Part shown: piece after piece, positions 25,801-39,069 of the stretch
Layout of the letters: each line of letters begins with the position of its first letter
Position numbering within the stretch: position 1 is the stretch's first letter
Origin: Bugula neritina
Taxonomy: Eukaryota; Animalia; Bryozoa
DNA length: 64,000 nt
NCBI GenBank assembly: GCA_964035545.1
Contig: OZ037767.1
Span: forward strand, 26,490,628 to 26,554,627
Reading direction: 5' to 3'
Notes under the pieces: generated by a model
The model's database searches: none
Told to the model about the DNA's origin: nothing
The model's input: only the letters and a program-made list of their open reading frames with translations
Translations under genes and position numbers: made by a program

Positions 25801-26359
25801 TGTTTTACATATTAGTACACCAAACACACAAATATGTCATAGCATATAACTACTTTTTACAAAAATGTTCTGTGAAGCAAATTGTTACAGCAATGGGCTA
25901 AAAATTTGAAACTCAAAGATCTAATTACCTATTCAGGCTATTCTAGGGAATTTTACCTGTCATAATAAGCTAAGCTACTGTGCGCATAGGTGTTATTATT
26001 TTATTATACAATCTGCATTAGTCTCTTACCTATCTGCTTGGAGGCTGGAAGCATTGTAGTTCAGCGATGTTTGTTTAACATCTAATATCGTATTATTTTG
26101 TGTCTTGCACCATTCTATGTCTATAAATGTTATAGGTGAAAACAGTTAATAAAACTATGATAGATTTACATAAAATTGTGATTCTGTGCATTGCTATCTC
26201 AACTGTTCAAGTATGTAGACTTTTATAGTCATTCATATATAAATTGTTTGGAAAAACTCACACTATGTTATCAATTAGCAATGTAATACACTTACCATTT
26301 GAAGACGAACTTAGTACAAGGTTATATAATAATACACCTTTCAATAAAAATAGCAGCAT
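22897..26359 (-). CDS. Type-I single-pass membrane protein (about 363 aa) with a small Cys-containing ectodomain and a Tyr-motif cytoplasmic tail; exons 26359-26296, 26120-26030, 25257-25146, 25026-24849, 24378-24286, 23827-23743, 23597-23469, 23236-22897
   Basis: Signal peptide MLLFLLKGVLLYNLVLSSS; transmembrane segment MLIVIGVIFFTIIIAAVTL followed by RKRRRR; tail motifs YDNV, YYTI, YEFV, YKEV. All exon phases are compatible (1092 nt). Confidence 0.8.
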
Positions 26360-27838
26360 TTCCTAGTAATAACTATTGTCAACCTTGAACTGGTTACAAT
26401 TTCTGTTTGCATGTTAGCTGTAGTTACCAGTTTCACGATCAATAAACTTGCCTACCTGCATTATACAATATCACCAACACATTATATCCAATTACTGTAT
26501 TGTAAATTGTCATTCATCTCTTATTGTTAACTTTTTCAAAGGGAAGAAAACCTATATTTAGCATGTTTATATGCCTTCATTGAACAGTATAGGCGCAATA
26601 CAGTGGTCAATTCTGACTTATGTATACTTTCCATTGTATTATTTTTTTAGCTGAATAGAACAGCTTGCAACTACCTCAATTTTCACGAACTTCATAGAAT
26701 GCTCAATTTTAGTTGAAATATTGCGTGAAGTGGGCTGTACATTTTTTGAGTAATTATATGGGTACATGCTAGAATCTAGATAATATAGCAACGATTTTGC
26801 CTGTTTTCAAGTTAGTTTTAAATCTACAGTTCATAGACATATATAAAGTACTTACTTTAATTATTAACTACTTTCTACAGGCTATTATACACGGCTAATA
26901 TATACCCCATAACATGGTATATGCACAGCAGTGTCTGTTTAAAAATGTATTTAGACACAGCCTTCATGTAAGATATGCGGTGGGAAATGACCAGCCAGTT
27001 ATGAATGCATAGACTCCAACCTTTTATTGTTGATTGTGGCAAATTAGGATATCAAAAATAACTCATAATATACGTTGATAATATGCAAGTTATACATTAA
27101 ATATAGTTTGATTATGAATAAATTTGTTCAATAAAACTGTAAAATAAAAAAGATAATATAATAAAATATTAATAGCTTTAATATGATAAAAGTGGTAATA
27201 CAAAAATATTAGTAATATCCAAAAACACTGAAATTGAATAGCAAATATACAAATTATCATTATAACAGCAGCAAGCACTCACAATAGAGCTATTTATATG
27301 AAAAGGAAGCGTGGAAGTTCATTTCTTGATATGTTTGCATGTAGGCCATACTACTTGATCCATTTTGTGCACAGGTTATAATATTTAGAGTGGTCCCATG
27401 AGCCAATAACTTTAGAACTTGGAGTTATCAATCCTTCCCCACAATAGCTGAGCAAAGACATTAATATAATAAATACTATGAGGAGATTAAAAAAACAGAG
27501 AGGTAATAAATGGATTGCTTCACTCATAGATCATTTCACACAGTTATAGCTCATTTGTTCTAGACTCACAGCTGCACAATGTCTACACACAGAGTATTTT
27601 TATTGTCATAATAAGCTTTTATACCAGCATGTTAATTTCCTTCCATCAATCAAATAATTAAATCAACTAGATATAAGCAGTCAAAAGTGAATATGAAATA
27701 AGTTGCTACACGTGCTACAAACTCTACAAGTATAATAGCTGCTGCTACTTCTACTAGCATTGCTGCTACTACTACCACTAGTATTACTGCTACTAACTGC
27801 AAGATGAAGTCATACCTTGAATCCCAGAAGTAGATGAT

Positions 27839-30800
27839 TCAGTCAGATTCTGAGTGATCCAGAGCAGTGTACTGAGATGTCTGTGTGTTGAGATAGTCTG
27901 GTGTAGTTGTCAAATTGTAGTATGGAGTCGTTTTTCTAAAACAAATGTAATATTCTTCATAAAGCATTTCCCACAAACACAACCTTTACTCTTTCAGTTT
28001 TATCGCACTGAAAAGTAGTGGAGTACTAAATGGTCGTCATTTATGTTATTTCATAACTGTGGCTATAAATAAAGGCTATTTTACAGGTTATTTATGAGGA
28101 AGTATTTTTACAGACATTTCATATGAAGTCACGATTCTCCTAGATTATTTTAAAGCTGATTAGTCAATTCAATAAATGTGACGGAACTCTTGAGTTACAC
28201 AAAACAGGGTATAGCAGCAAGTGCTAACTAGTGTGTAGTGTAGTATAATAGTGCATCAAGTGGTGAATGAATGTCTGCATAGCTAATGAGCTCTCGGTGC
28301 ACCTATTGTGAAAAGCCTCTATTAGAGGCTTTTCACAAGCCCTCTGGGGACATTTGTATTTTGAAGTTGTCTCCTCCCAGAAGGGCGAAGTGTAGTCTCC
28401 ATGATATATAGAACAAGCACATAAAATCAGTAGAAATCTAAGGTTTGTGGGAAGACTATTGCTAGTACCAGTTTCATTTTTTCTGAGATTAATATTTTGG
28501 CATAAGCACACAGGTTAGCAGTTCCAGAAAAATTTTAAAAATTTTCTTTCTTCAAAAATCTTGAGAAAAATTAACTTCAAAGCATGTTTGTGGTTTTGGT
28601 TACTGCACGAGCAAGCTGAATTGGCAACTATGAAATAAGTCCCATTAATCAGTTGTTATGCTGGCTGTCATATTCAATTTATAGCTGTTGACCTTTCAAC
28701 TCTTTGGTCAGAATGTGCTGTTAACACAGTGTTAGACCACTGCTACTCTGCTAGTGCACTGAATGAGACAGCAGATTAGCTGTGTTAGCATTTTCATTAC
28801 ACTTGCACACTTATGCTATGATAATAGCTAGACTATAACCTCAACATCCATCATTTTCACAAAAAACATTTTCACAAAGCTATGGATATATATTAAATAG
28901 ACAGATTAAATTTGTAGTATAGAACGAATATGAAATGTGCTTTGACACATGTCGGTTAATTATCTAATACAGGTTAAATGCATCTATGGCAATTGTAACA
29001 ATTGTGCTCAAATAAATATATATCTAGATAATTTAATCAAAAACCGAGATAGTCTTTTAGCAGTTGGCATTCAGGCCCTTGTGTTACAGCTTTGTTATTT
29101 CTTAATTATGCCTGTGGCTTGTAGCATTTAGGAGCATGCAGTAGTGAAGAAATTGAGATAGCCTAAGTTCTTTAACTTTCTTTACAAATGTTGGTGTTGC
29201 GTATAACACAACTTTTTTGCTACATTTCTAATCTAGAAAAAAGGCTTTTCCCAATTTCTCCATTAGTACTGCATCTACCTTGTGTGTAGTAGTCATCTCC
29301 GTCAACTGCGGTAGATTCAAGATCCTAGTTAATGTATGGTAGGTTAAAGTATAGTTATATAATAAAATGGATATACAATATAAAATAGGTAAACTAATCT
29401 AATCACTACTGCACCTGAAAGTCCAAGTTTCCCAACTCATCAAATTGCAGCATAAACTGAATTCTCTGAAAATTACTTTAGAAGGAAATTCTGGTTGAAA
29501 AGTAGCCTATTAAGCAGATTCTTACAAGTGAAGCAGTGAAAGCATGTTGATAAAATTGGGTTATTAACATTTTGCTTGGATTTTCAGTTAAACTGTTTAA
29601 TGTTATAGCTCCTCAACTTCTCATGCTTCAAATATCATGAGCTAGTGTTATTGACATTCAACTGCAGTTATACAACTAGCTTGGCTGATCCCATGGGTCA
29701 CAAAATGTTATAAAATATAAAGCCTTTCTTAAATTTAAGACTCATATTTGAATGACATAAAAGTTTAGAGGTTGGCTATAAGTCACGACAGCACCAATTA
29801 GAATATTACAGCTATTATCTTAAAATAGGCATGCGCGAGGATATGTAAGTTAAAATCAAGTATAACATTTCAATTAAATCTTTTAAATAAAACTATTAGA
29901 CCTGTTGTAAAATATGCAATGAAGATATAGGGTAGACAAAATATTTCAAGATGGATCGATACTGAATGAAAAGATGCCTGCTTAAATATAAAGTGTTTTT
30001 AATAAATTTTTGCATAAACTGAGCTTTGCTTTTCTTGGTAATATTTTTCTTTTAAAGAAGTTTTAGCCATAACATGAAACTATGTAAAGCATTTACGGTC
30101 CTTTGAACATAATGTAGCACAAACTCTTCAAAGTGTAATTAAGTGCACATGCTATCACGCATCATTTTGATACTACAAATTTAATCTGTCTATTTAATAT
30201 ATATCTATAGCTTTGTGAAAATGCTTTTTGTAAAAATGATGGATGTTGAGGTTATAGTCTAGCTATTATCATAGCATAAGTGCGTAAGTGTAATGAAAAT
30301 GCTAACACAGCTAATCTGCTGTCTTATTCAGTGCACTAGCAGAGTAGCAGTGGTCTAACACTGTGTCAACAGCACATTCCGACCAAAGAGTTGAAAGGTC
30401 AACAGCTATAAATTGAATATGACAGCCAGCATAACAACTGATTAATGGGACTTATCTCATAGTTGCCAATTCAGCTTGCTCGTGCAGTAACCAAAACCAC
30501 AAACATGCTTTGAAGTTAATTTTTCTCAAGATTTTTGAAGAAAGAAAATTTTTAAAATTTTTCTGGAACTGCTAATCTGTGTGCTTATGCCAAAATATTA
30601 ATCTCAGAAAAAATGAAACTTGTACTAGCAATAGTCTTCCCACAAACCTTAAATTTCTACTGATTTTATGTGCTTGTTCTATATGTCATGGAGACTACAC
30701 TTCGCCCTTCTGGGAGGAGACAACTTCAAAATACAAATGTCCCCAGAGGGCTTGTGAAAAGCCTCTATAGAAGGCTTTTTGTGTTCCTTTACAAAACCTT

Positions 30801-33800
30801 CAAAGCTACATCTTCATTTAGCTTTAAAGAGGAAGAGATATCATCTGCCAGGGGTCCTCATAGCATTAGTTACCAACTTTTATCAATTATTTTCATTACT
30901 GTGATTGGATCTAATCTCATTGATCTCTAACCTCCAACTATCCACAAACTTGCAGATGTTTCTATCAAAAACAAACTCGGACTAGATTGTTTGTAATGCC
31001 TAATATCTGCTCAGTTGGTTTTTGAACAGCTGTCAAAATTCCTTTCATTCTGCCAGATCAGATCACTGTATTTCCTATACTATGTGCAGATGTCCAGTGC
31101 TTTGTGCCAGTAGATTGCTGGATGCCATAAAACATGTAATGTGGCAGTGTGTATGCCATGTAATATGGAAGAGTAAATAAAGATACATATTTGGTTTTTA
31201 CAATGTAGGTTAGAAAAAAGTCTTCATTCTCAAAGTTCTAGTATTTTGAAACAATATAATTAGTTCAAAATTTCAAGCTGAATGAACCCTGAAGTGTTGT
31301 AAAGCAATCCTTGCATATAAAGCCAAACAATTTCTGATGATTGCTAACATTCTGATGTGCCAAGATGATTTATGGAGATTTCATATCAGTATGATGGTTT
31401 TTAGAAAACATAATCCAACCAAAACTTACTAGTTCAATGGTACAACTCAAGTGGAAGGACTAAATCGCTAAATTTGCTGAAGAATACTATTATTTCTGAG
31501 GTTTATTAATCCTAGATTTATCAGGTTTTAACCCATTGTATTGTTTCAGCATGTTGCAGTAAACTTATGTTCTAACTCCCCTAGGTGTCAGATTAGCAGC
31601 TGAGAAACTGCTAAACCTCAGCAACACTCTAGGTACATTATCTGCTGCTAACAGAGAAGGAAAACTCTCCATTAACAGCCATCAGTGGAGCATTTGGAGC
31701 ACAGTCTAACTGGTAAGAAGAAGGATTAGAAGACGCATGTTCAGCACTTAAAAATCCAGCAGCCCCAACTCCAGTTCAGAAAATAATTCTATTGAGGAAT
31801 CAAAACGCGCTTATGACTTCAACTCAAATTACGCACACCCAAATGTTAAACGCACACCCAAATGTTAAACGCTGCTCCAACCTAAAATGCTGATGAATTT
31901 TCAACTTTCACTTTTCAGCCATGTGCAAAGATGTCAAACTTTCTAAGTATTGGTTTAGAGTCTGAGTTTGATATGCAGACACAGTACTTTACAGGCTATT
32001 ACCTGCTACAAATTGAACTGATGAAATCATTTGGCACCTGCCTTAGTCCTCCTGAGAATAAAGTTTGCCAAGCGTTAAAAATTAGTAGTTAAAAGTTGAA
32101 ACAAAATATCATCACCAAATAACAAGGACGAGTGGGTGGTTTCACTGCTGGTGGTAGAGGAGTGAGTTGGTAACATAATAATTCTCAGAGTAAGAAATAA
32201 CAGCAACTTTTAGTTGACTTACTTAGTTGGAGGTGGCACAGGATCACTGAGAACCGTTAAGTAACCTTTAAAGTGAATATCATTGGAATTTCCTGTAGGA
32301 ACTGGGATTTTTTGGCTAAGCAAATTAGCAGTAGAAGCTTTGTCGGGTAGCTCAAAGGAATGTCCATTGCCAACCACAGCTAAAACAGGTATATATGAGA
32401 AAGATCAGCAATAATAAATGCCAAGGAAGAGCAATGGACTAATAAATTACCAATTACAGAGGGTTGGCAGCCAACTTTAGCACAAGCTGGGATGTTTGTG
32501 TGCACAGTAGTTGGTCACATGGAGTATTTTTAGGTACTTGTACTGCAAGAAAACAAGCAGAAATGCACAGGTCTGATTATCTGTTACCTTGAAAGAGTTG
32601 GAGAGGGTGTGAGGCCGTAGCTTCCTACAAAGTTGTTCTCATTGAACTGAGTATGTGCTAAGTAAAATATCTAAACCCAGACAACACCAGGGTGGTTTGC
32701 AATACCCATATTACCCCTGAAAAACTACCTTGATCATATATTAGCAGGAGTAGTTGTACCCTGGTAAAGCTAAAGCTTTCAAGATACATAAACAGGCCAA
32801 GAGTAATCAACACGAGTTACCATTTCACTACAATCTCAGAGAGACAGACGTTGCTAGTACAGCTCATGTCAAACAATATCAAGTGCCATTATATATATTG
32901 TACTAGCTCCAAACATTAAATCCTCACTCACATTGGGACAGAGAACTCTGGTCATGTGACACTCACATTGGGACAGAGAACTCTGGTCTTGTGACACTCA
33001 CATTGGGACAGAGAACTCTGGTCATGTGACACTCACCTTGGGACAGAGAACTCTGGTCATGTGACACTCACCTTGGGACAGAGAACTCTGGTCATGTGAC
33101 ACTCACATTGGGACAGAGAACTCTGGTCATGTGACACTCACCTTGGGACAGAGAACTCTGATCATGTGACACTCACCTTGGGACAGAGAACTCTGGTCAT
33201 GTGACACTCACCCTGGGACAGAGAACTCTGGTCATGTGACACTCACCTTGGGACAGAGAGCTCTGGTCATGTGACACTCACCTTGGGACAGAGAACTCTG
33301 GTCATATGACACTCACCTTGGGAGAAGGACTTCTAGTCATGTGACACTCACCTTGGGAGAAGGAACTCTTGTCATGTGACACTCACCTTGGGACAGAGAA
33401 CTCTTGTCATGTGACACTCACCTTGGGACAGAGAACTCTTGTCATGTGACACTCACCTTGGGATAAGGGATTCTGATCCATAGGCAAGTAACTTTTGTGA
33501 GCATTTACAAGAAGTCCTGATTGGGCGACACCAGCCTTGGGTACAGTGGCGAGTAGGTCCAAGGAACCTTTAGATGGCAAAGTTCCACTGCCATTGTGCG
33601 GAGCTGTTGAGACATTTTCCTGTGAGTCTCCCGAGTTAGAGTCTGGCATCACGTAATCGGCATCATAAACATAGCCATCTTTTTTTAGAGCGCTCTGCTG
33701 TAAGGGTGACATTCTAACCCCTCCGTTGATAGATGGCTCAGGGTTAGGAAGTGCTCGTGGTAAATCCAGACTGAAACCAAGCAAAGATAATAGTTACCCA

Positions 33801-36800
33801 CCTTCATGTGCTGCACCATTCAGTAAAACAACTATAAGATTGAACTTGTAGACCTGACCAGATTTCAATTACTTAACGGGACGTGCGAGAAAACCCGTTT
33901 AGCCTAAAAATGGGACATTGAGTTCGGATTTTTATGCGGATAACATAATCATTTAGCGAGCACACTTTTTTATTTTAATTCACGTTGTAGCTTTTAGCGC
34001 ACTGAATTAAAACAGTTTCATATAGTTTGCATTTTCGCTTTTATAATAATATCTAAAGTCACTTCACGGATGACGTAGTTTTAAAAACAAACGTCTGTAG
34101 GCGAGCAGTAAAGTTAAACTCCAAGAACATTAGCTAATAAATTTCTACAGGACGGGTTTTCTCACAATTTAGACCCGAGCAGGAAATCCAGCTTGTGTGG
34201 CTCTACGCTAAGAGTTAAAGCAATTGGTAACAATTCTATAAGTTTTACAAATAAGATGTGCTATAGTTAATAGCAGAACTGTTTTATGACTTTAAACAGT
34301 TTTTCCACCAAGCAACAGTCAATGCCACGAGGTTAATAGCCTGAAACAATAATTAAAAACTAAGTGCTGGAAAAGAGCCTGAGTTTTAGCACACAATTGT
34401 AGCGCTTGAAGTTGTCTACCTGCAACCTAAAGCGCACTAGAGAACTAGGCTAGGTGTATCCGTAACATCTAGTAGAAGTAACAAGCATAAGGAAGCCTTA
34501 GTTACTATGACAGAGTTGAGTAAAATGTTACCAAATTAGAGTGACAACATTATGAAATCACACGCTGGAATTACTAAAAAGTCACTCCAGTGAACCACAA
34601 CAACATATTATGATTCTCTCCAAATCATGCAGAGTAGTATCCCACAACTAGCTAATGTCAAGTCATTGGAAAGCATATGAAATACGATAACAATATGCTG
34701 TATATATGTATAATTGATAGCAAATAGCCAGTAGCCATTGTAGAGATGGTTTGTTATCAACATGTCAACATACAATCATAACAGTAAATTATGAGAGATA
34801 AACAACTCAACAATGAATTAAACTTCCACGCCAGGTCAAAATAATTATAGTATGCAAACAAATTATTGTTTCACAATGCTATTAGAGAGATGACTGATAG
34901 TGTTAAGGAACTTAAATAAAGGAGAGATAATCAGATAACCTCAACCAAATATTTTTTATCTACAGTCATATTTTGTTCTCATATCATAGCATAACACACT
35001 ATAAACACAGCACAGTGGATGACTTGGAAAAGACTCAACTCGCCAACAGCATAAACAGCACCTGCGGGATGTAAAGCAGATAACTGAGTTAATCTGCAGA
35101 AATAGAGAGAGTTGATCTACAGATAAACTGAGAAATTAAAACACTTTCATTTTGGCTCACCTGCTGGTTTTATCTAAGGAAGGCTTAGATCTTGGATGCG
35201 GTTTAGGTGTGCAGGTGTTATACCTGCCGTGAGCTTCACTGGTGGCTACATCTGACATGCCCTGCAACACTTCTGTCACATTCTCATAGGCAAACTCCGT
35301 GTCATCTGTAATAGTCAGACTCAACTTTAGGGACATATCACTATACTTAATCTATAGTTTATAGCTACTACAGCTGGTGCCAGGGAAACTACATGGGTTA
35401 CGAGAACAAGCATTATGGTGACAGTTGGTTGACTGAAGAGGTTAGAATTTTGATGAAAATTTCAGACTTTGCACCAAAAAATAAAATATTTCCAAGTGAA
35501 CTTTTGCCATACAGGCATAAATATATCGACTTTTCCAGAAAATATTTTACTAAATCTTATCTGTTTATTACAGTCAATAATGGAAAATAAATACAGTTGC
35601 AATATGAAAAGGAAAATTTGAAAATGATGGAATAACATGCAGGATGAGGCCAAGGTCAAGCGTGTTAGATTTTCACAACAAAAGAACATCCATGTGAGGC
35701 CGAGTATTTGTCTGTTACTGGTGTTGCCAGGAAGAGCATCAAATCACAATTAATTATAACCCGGCTTCTCACTCCTGCCCCCCCCCCCCCTCTACTCTCT
35801 AGTCCCAGCTTAGAATACACCGCTATGAACATACATCTTTCCTTTGCGTTTAACTAGGAAGTCTAAACATTTAAAAGCTATTAGTTCAATGGCCTCATTT
35901 TGACCTCATTTTTATTTCTAAAATTATCAAATGTTATGTTTTATGTGAGTTTAATTTTATCCATGCCAACTTTCTGCATGGGATTTGAACATTAGATAAT
36001 TTATGACAACATGAGCTAAGAGCACTGAGGTAACGGCACCGCAAGATTTGGATGGAATACAACTATTTGTACCGGAAGCACTTACATCAGGGATATAACT
36101 GAAGTGGGAAATATCAACCTAACAGCTCAGATGCTTACAGACAAGCACTACTGCAGTAAACATGTGTCATAATGTGTTTCCGGGCCAACACATGTCGAAA
36201 CTTGTCATATGCTACCACCATATTGCCAGTGCAACTTCGTAACTAATATTTTTATTTTTGTCACATTCTATTAATAATCATAGAGCATTGAACTGCGTAA
36301 TCTCTAACCGATAGCCTTCACGGCCATCAAAAAGGAACAGCAACAAATATCTTTCACTATTTTAACATATTCTAAATTGAACTGCTGTATCTATTTTTAC
36401 ATTAGAACTTGTTAGATAGACCATTTCCTTAGTTTAACTTTGCCTTTTACATGCAGCTTGTCAAACAATCTCATGTTGAACCTTTTACTACTGACAATCT
36501 ATTTAAATAAAACACAGTAGGCTAAAGATTTTTTATCTATTGTGTTGAAAAAGAAAACACAAAGCAACTTCAGCCACTGATAATTTGTAACCAGAATCTG
36601 TTCTTCCTCTGAAATTCAAATTATGCATTAACACTAATTTATGCTGTAATCTAACATTCAAATCTATTTAGCCGTCAGAGAGGATGTCCGATTGTAAACA
36701 CCTTCAAATATGTCACTAGCAGAAGTACCACTGAACAAAATGTTAGCAGGAATGAAAAAAATGTGTAGGGCATTTGGCAGTTTTTCAAATCTCATCACTT

Positions 36801-37986
36801 GACAAAAACATTGCCATTAGATAGATTATTATTGAAGCTGAAAATACCAGTGAAGCTTTCATATCAGTCAATATATCACAGAGTAAGTAACTTCAGTAAA
36901 TATATCACAGAGTAAGTAACATACCACTCTCGCTGACTCCACTACGCTCAGATCCCAGAGTCTGTCTGGGCATTGGTCGCGGTCTGCGTGGTGACTTTAC
37001 ATACCCTCCGATATCTGCCTTACCATTGGCAGCAGAGTGGGCAGCATTTATCTGTTCAATCTCGCTGACATTGGAATAGTCATGTTGAGGAAGACCAGGG
37101 TTTGTGGTGGGTGGCACCACTACATTCAAACTGGATAAACTGTGAGGCTGGAAATAATCACTCAGTATATCATTCTTTTTATCTTCCGACAGGCTGACCA
37201 TCAACTTTGGGGACTTTTTCGTTTCTGGTGAGTTAGAAGCCGCCATCGGTGGAGGGGAGGCCATGGACTCCGTACCACACGGGTCTAAATAGTCTTCGCT
37301 ATCCTCTCGCTCTAAGAGAACTTGAGGTTTTGGTTTCACAGATGTCGCGTTAGCCTTATTACCAATCGGAACCGGAGTGGACAAAATCTTGGTGGAGAGC
37401 TGCCGACCGCCCATGAAAGAATTGCCAGTCACTTTTACAGAACCATCTGATTGTTTTCTATCAGACAAAGGTAGACGTGGTGATTTTGGACTGTTATTGT
37501 TTGATTGTATATCGCTGTTAGATGCATCTAAGTTTTGTCGCGACGGTAAAGGAGGCGGGCCAGTTGTTTGGCTGACAGGGTCGGGAATATATGTGTAATC
37601 CCTTTCACCCGTTGATTCTCTAACTGCTCTTTTGTCCAACTCATTTACAGAAGGGGGAGGATCTCGGAACTTTTTCTTGCCTTTTTTCTTACCACTAAAC
37701 AAGTGAATCATACAGTATGCAAACTGGCTTTAAAGTAATGTTTTTAAAAATGATTCTGTTATTAATAACACAGTTATTCCGATGTCACATACATATATCA
37801 AATTCATTTGATTATAAAAAATGAGCCGGAAAAAAGATTGTGAAAATTCTATTTATATACCGATTTGAAGATAATTTTATTAACAAAGCCAGCACAGCAC
37901 TATCACTTTGAGGTAATTAAATTGACAGTGGCATTTTCATCAATTCATATTGTATAACAAAATACTTACAAACAATTTAAAGGCAT
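27839..37986 (-). CDS. Low-complexity Pro/Ser-rich multi-tyrosine docking/adaptor-like protein (about 499 aa); exons 37986-37970, 37694-36925, 35305-35161, 33770-33457, 32379-32223, 27935-27839
   Basis: Phase-compatible GT-AG exons (1500 nt). N-terminus MPLNCFGKKKGKKKF; PPPLPSR; motifs YLDP, YFQP, YSNV, YENV, YVMP, YLPM, YLTV, YYNL, YLNT, YTAL. Extra cassette exons near 29.3-29.5 kb are possible. Confidence 0.75.
28323..30767. repeat. Long inverted repeat: arms 28323-28920 and 30170-30767 (598 bp each), spacer about 1.25 kb
   Basis: The arms are reverse complements with about 13 mismatches by eye. The ORF track shows near-identical peptides on opposite strands (28224-28511 - and 30579-30770 +). 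Confidence 0.95.
31831..31872. repeat. 19-bp tandem duplication (acgcacacccaaatgttaa)x2
   Basis: Directly visible in the sequence. Confidence 0.85.
32926..33481. repeat. 35-bp minisatellite, 15 units plus the exon-junction copy (unit actcaccttgggacagagaactctggtcatgtgac)
   Basis: Units start at 32926, 32961 ... 33451 with exact 35-bp periodicity. Confidence 0.97.
33877..34177. mobile_element. Putative MITE (about 300 bp) with imperfect terminal inverted repeats
   Basis: Left cgggacgtgcgagaaaacccgt, right acgggttttctcacaatttagacccg. The interior is CpG-richer than the flanks. No clear TSD. Confidence 0.5.
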
Positions 37987-39069
37987 CTTGACTTCTGGAT
38001 AGAGATATGTTCCTGAAAATATTGCAGATCCTTTTTTTTTCAGCTAAACATGTAAAGCCCTGTACAGTTTTTTCAGTTAGTCTGATGACTAATGAATTAT
38101 TTGTTTGCTATGTGAAGAGTAATTGTCAACAGTGAGAAAAATATTTGGGAGACAATCACTCTAAGCAGCTTTACTCCTTCCAATTCACAATTACTTCTAC
38201 AGTGAGTGAGTAGCTGCACCAGTATGAGTCCAGACAACTAGTAACTACAAGTACATTTTCGGCAAAACTAAGGTTACAATCATCAAATTACTGAGTATGC
38301 AATATTCAAATTAGACTCTTGCTGTTCGAATTCAAATTGGGTTTCAATTCAAATTAAACAACCATGAACCAAAAAGTTTATTTAAAAGTTATTACTTGGC
38401 AGTTACTGGTGTTATTACCTACCGTAATTATTCATACACGAAAATAAAATGATCAATCTATAAGTATATAATTATTATTTGCTATTAATTTATTAACCTA
38501 CTGTGAGCATAGCACGAACATTAGAGAGAAATGAGAAAAGGTACCAGAAGAACTAGAGAGAGAATTCACTGTGACTACCCAGAATGAAACAAGCCGACAG
38601 ATGAAGAAGATTAATGAAACCTACTTGAAAATTTTATATGCTTTTGGATTCCCCCAGCAATTACACTTGGCTAACACTGCCAAATCATGTTGAATAATAA
38701 TTCATTCGTATTAATAGTTATGGTTTGCTAACCAAGAAGGTAAACCCCTTAAACTTACATGAATTTTAAACTTAGCTACTATTTTAAATGAATAAGATTT
38801 TTATAGATAGGCCAGTGGTTTATTTCTGCCTATAATAGAACTATTCGAGTCATGAAATTTTTTGCTACTTAACACGTTTGTAGGCTAATTTCAGGATGAG
38901 TAACACTCAGAGACCAGCATTACATGGTCAAGTTCATTTCCTCATTCAAATGCTGTGGTGTTTATCGTAAAATTCTCACTAACAATGGTTTTATGCATTG
39001 ACTTGAGCTAGCAGTTATCTAGTTCTTTGAAGAATTAGAATATGTTTAAGGAGTATCTCTTCTTGTGAC

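Noticed and set aside
28224-30930. Paired ORFs MCLCQNINLRKNET... on opposite strands as duplicated genes or a transposase
   Set aside because: They start at GTG, are short, have no recognisable motifs, and are a by-product of the inverted repeat.
31560-31790. Possible extra exon of the adaptor gene
   Set aside because: There is a short open stretch, but I found no convincing phase-compatible acceptor/donor pair.
32926-33481. CRISPR-like array of about 35-bp repeats
   Set aside because: The units are head-to-tail with no unique spacers, there are no cas genes, and the context is a eukaryotic intron.
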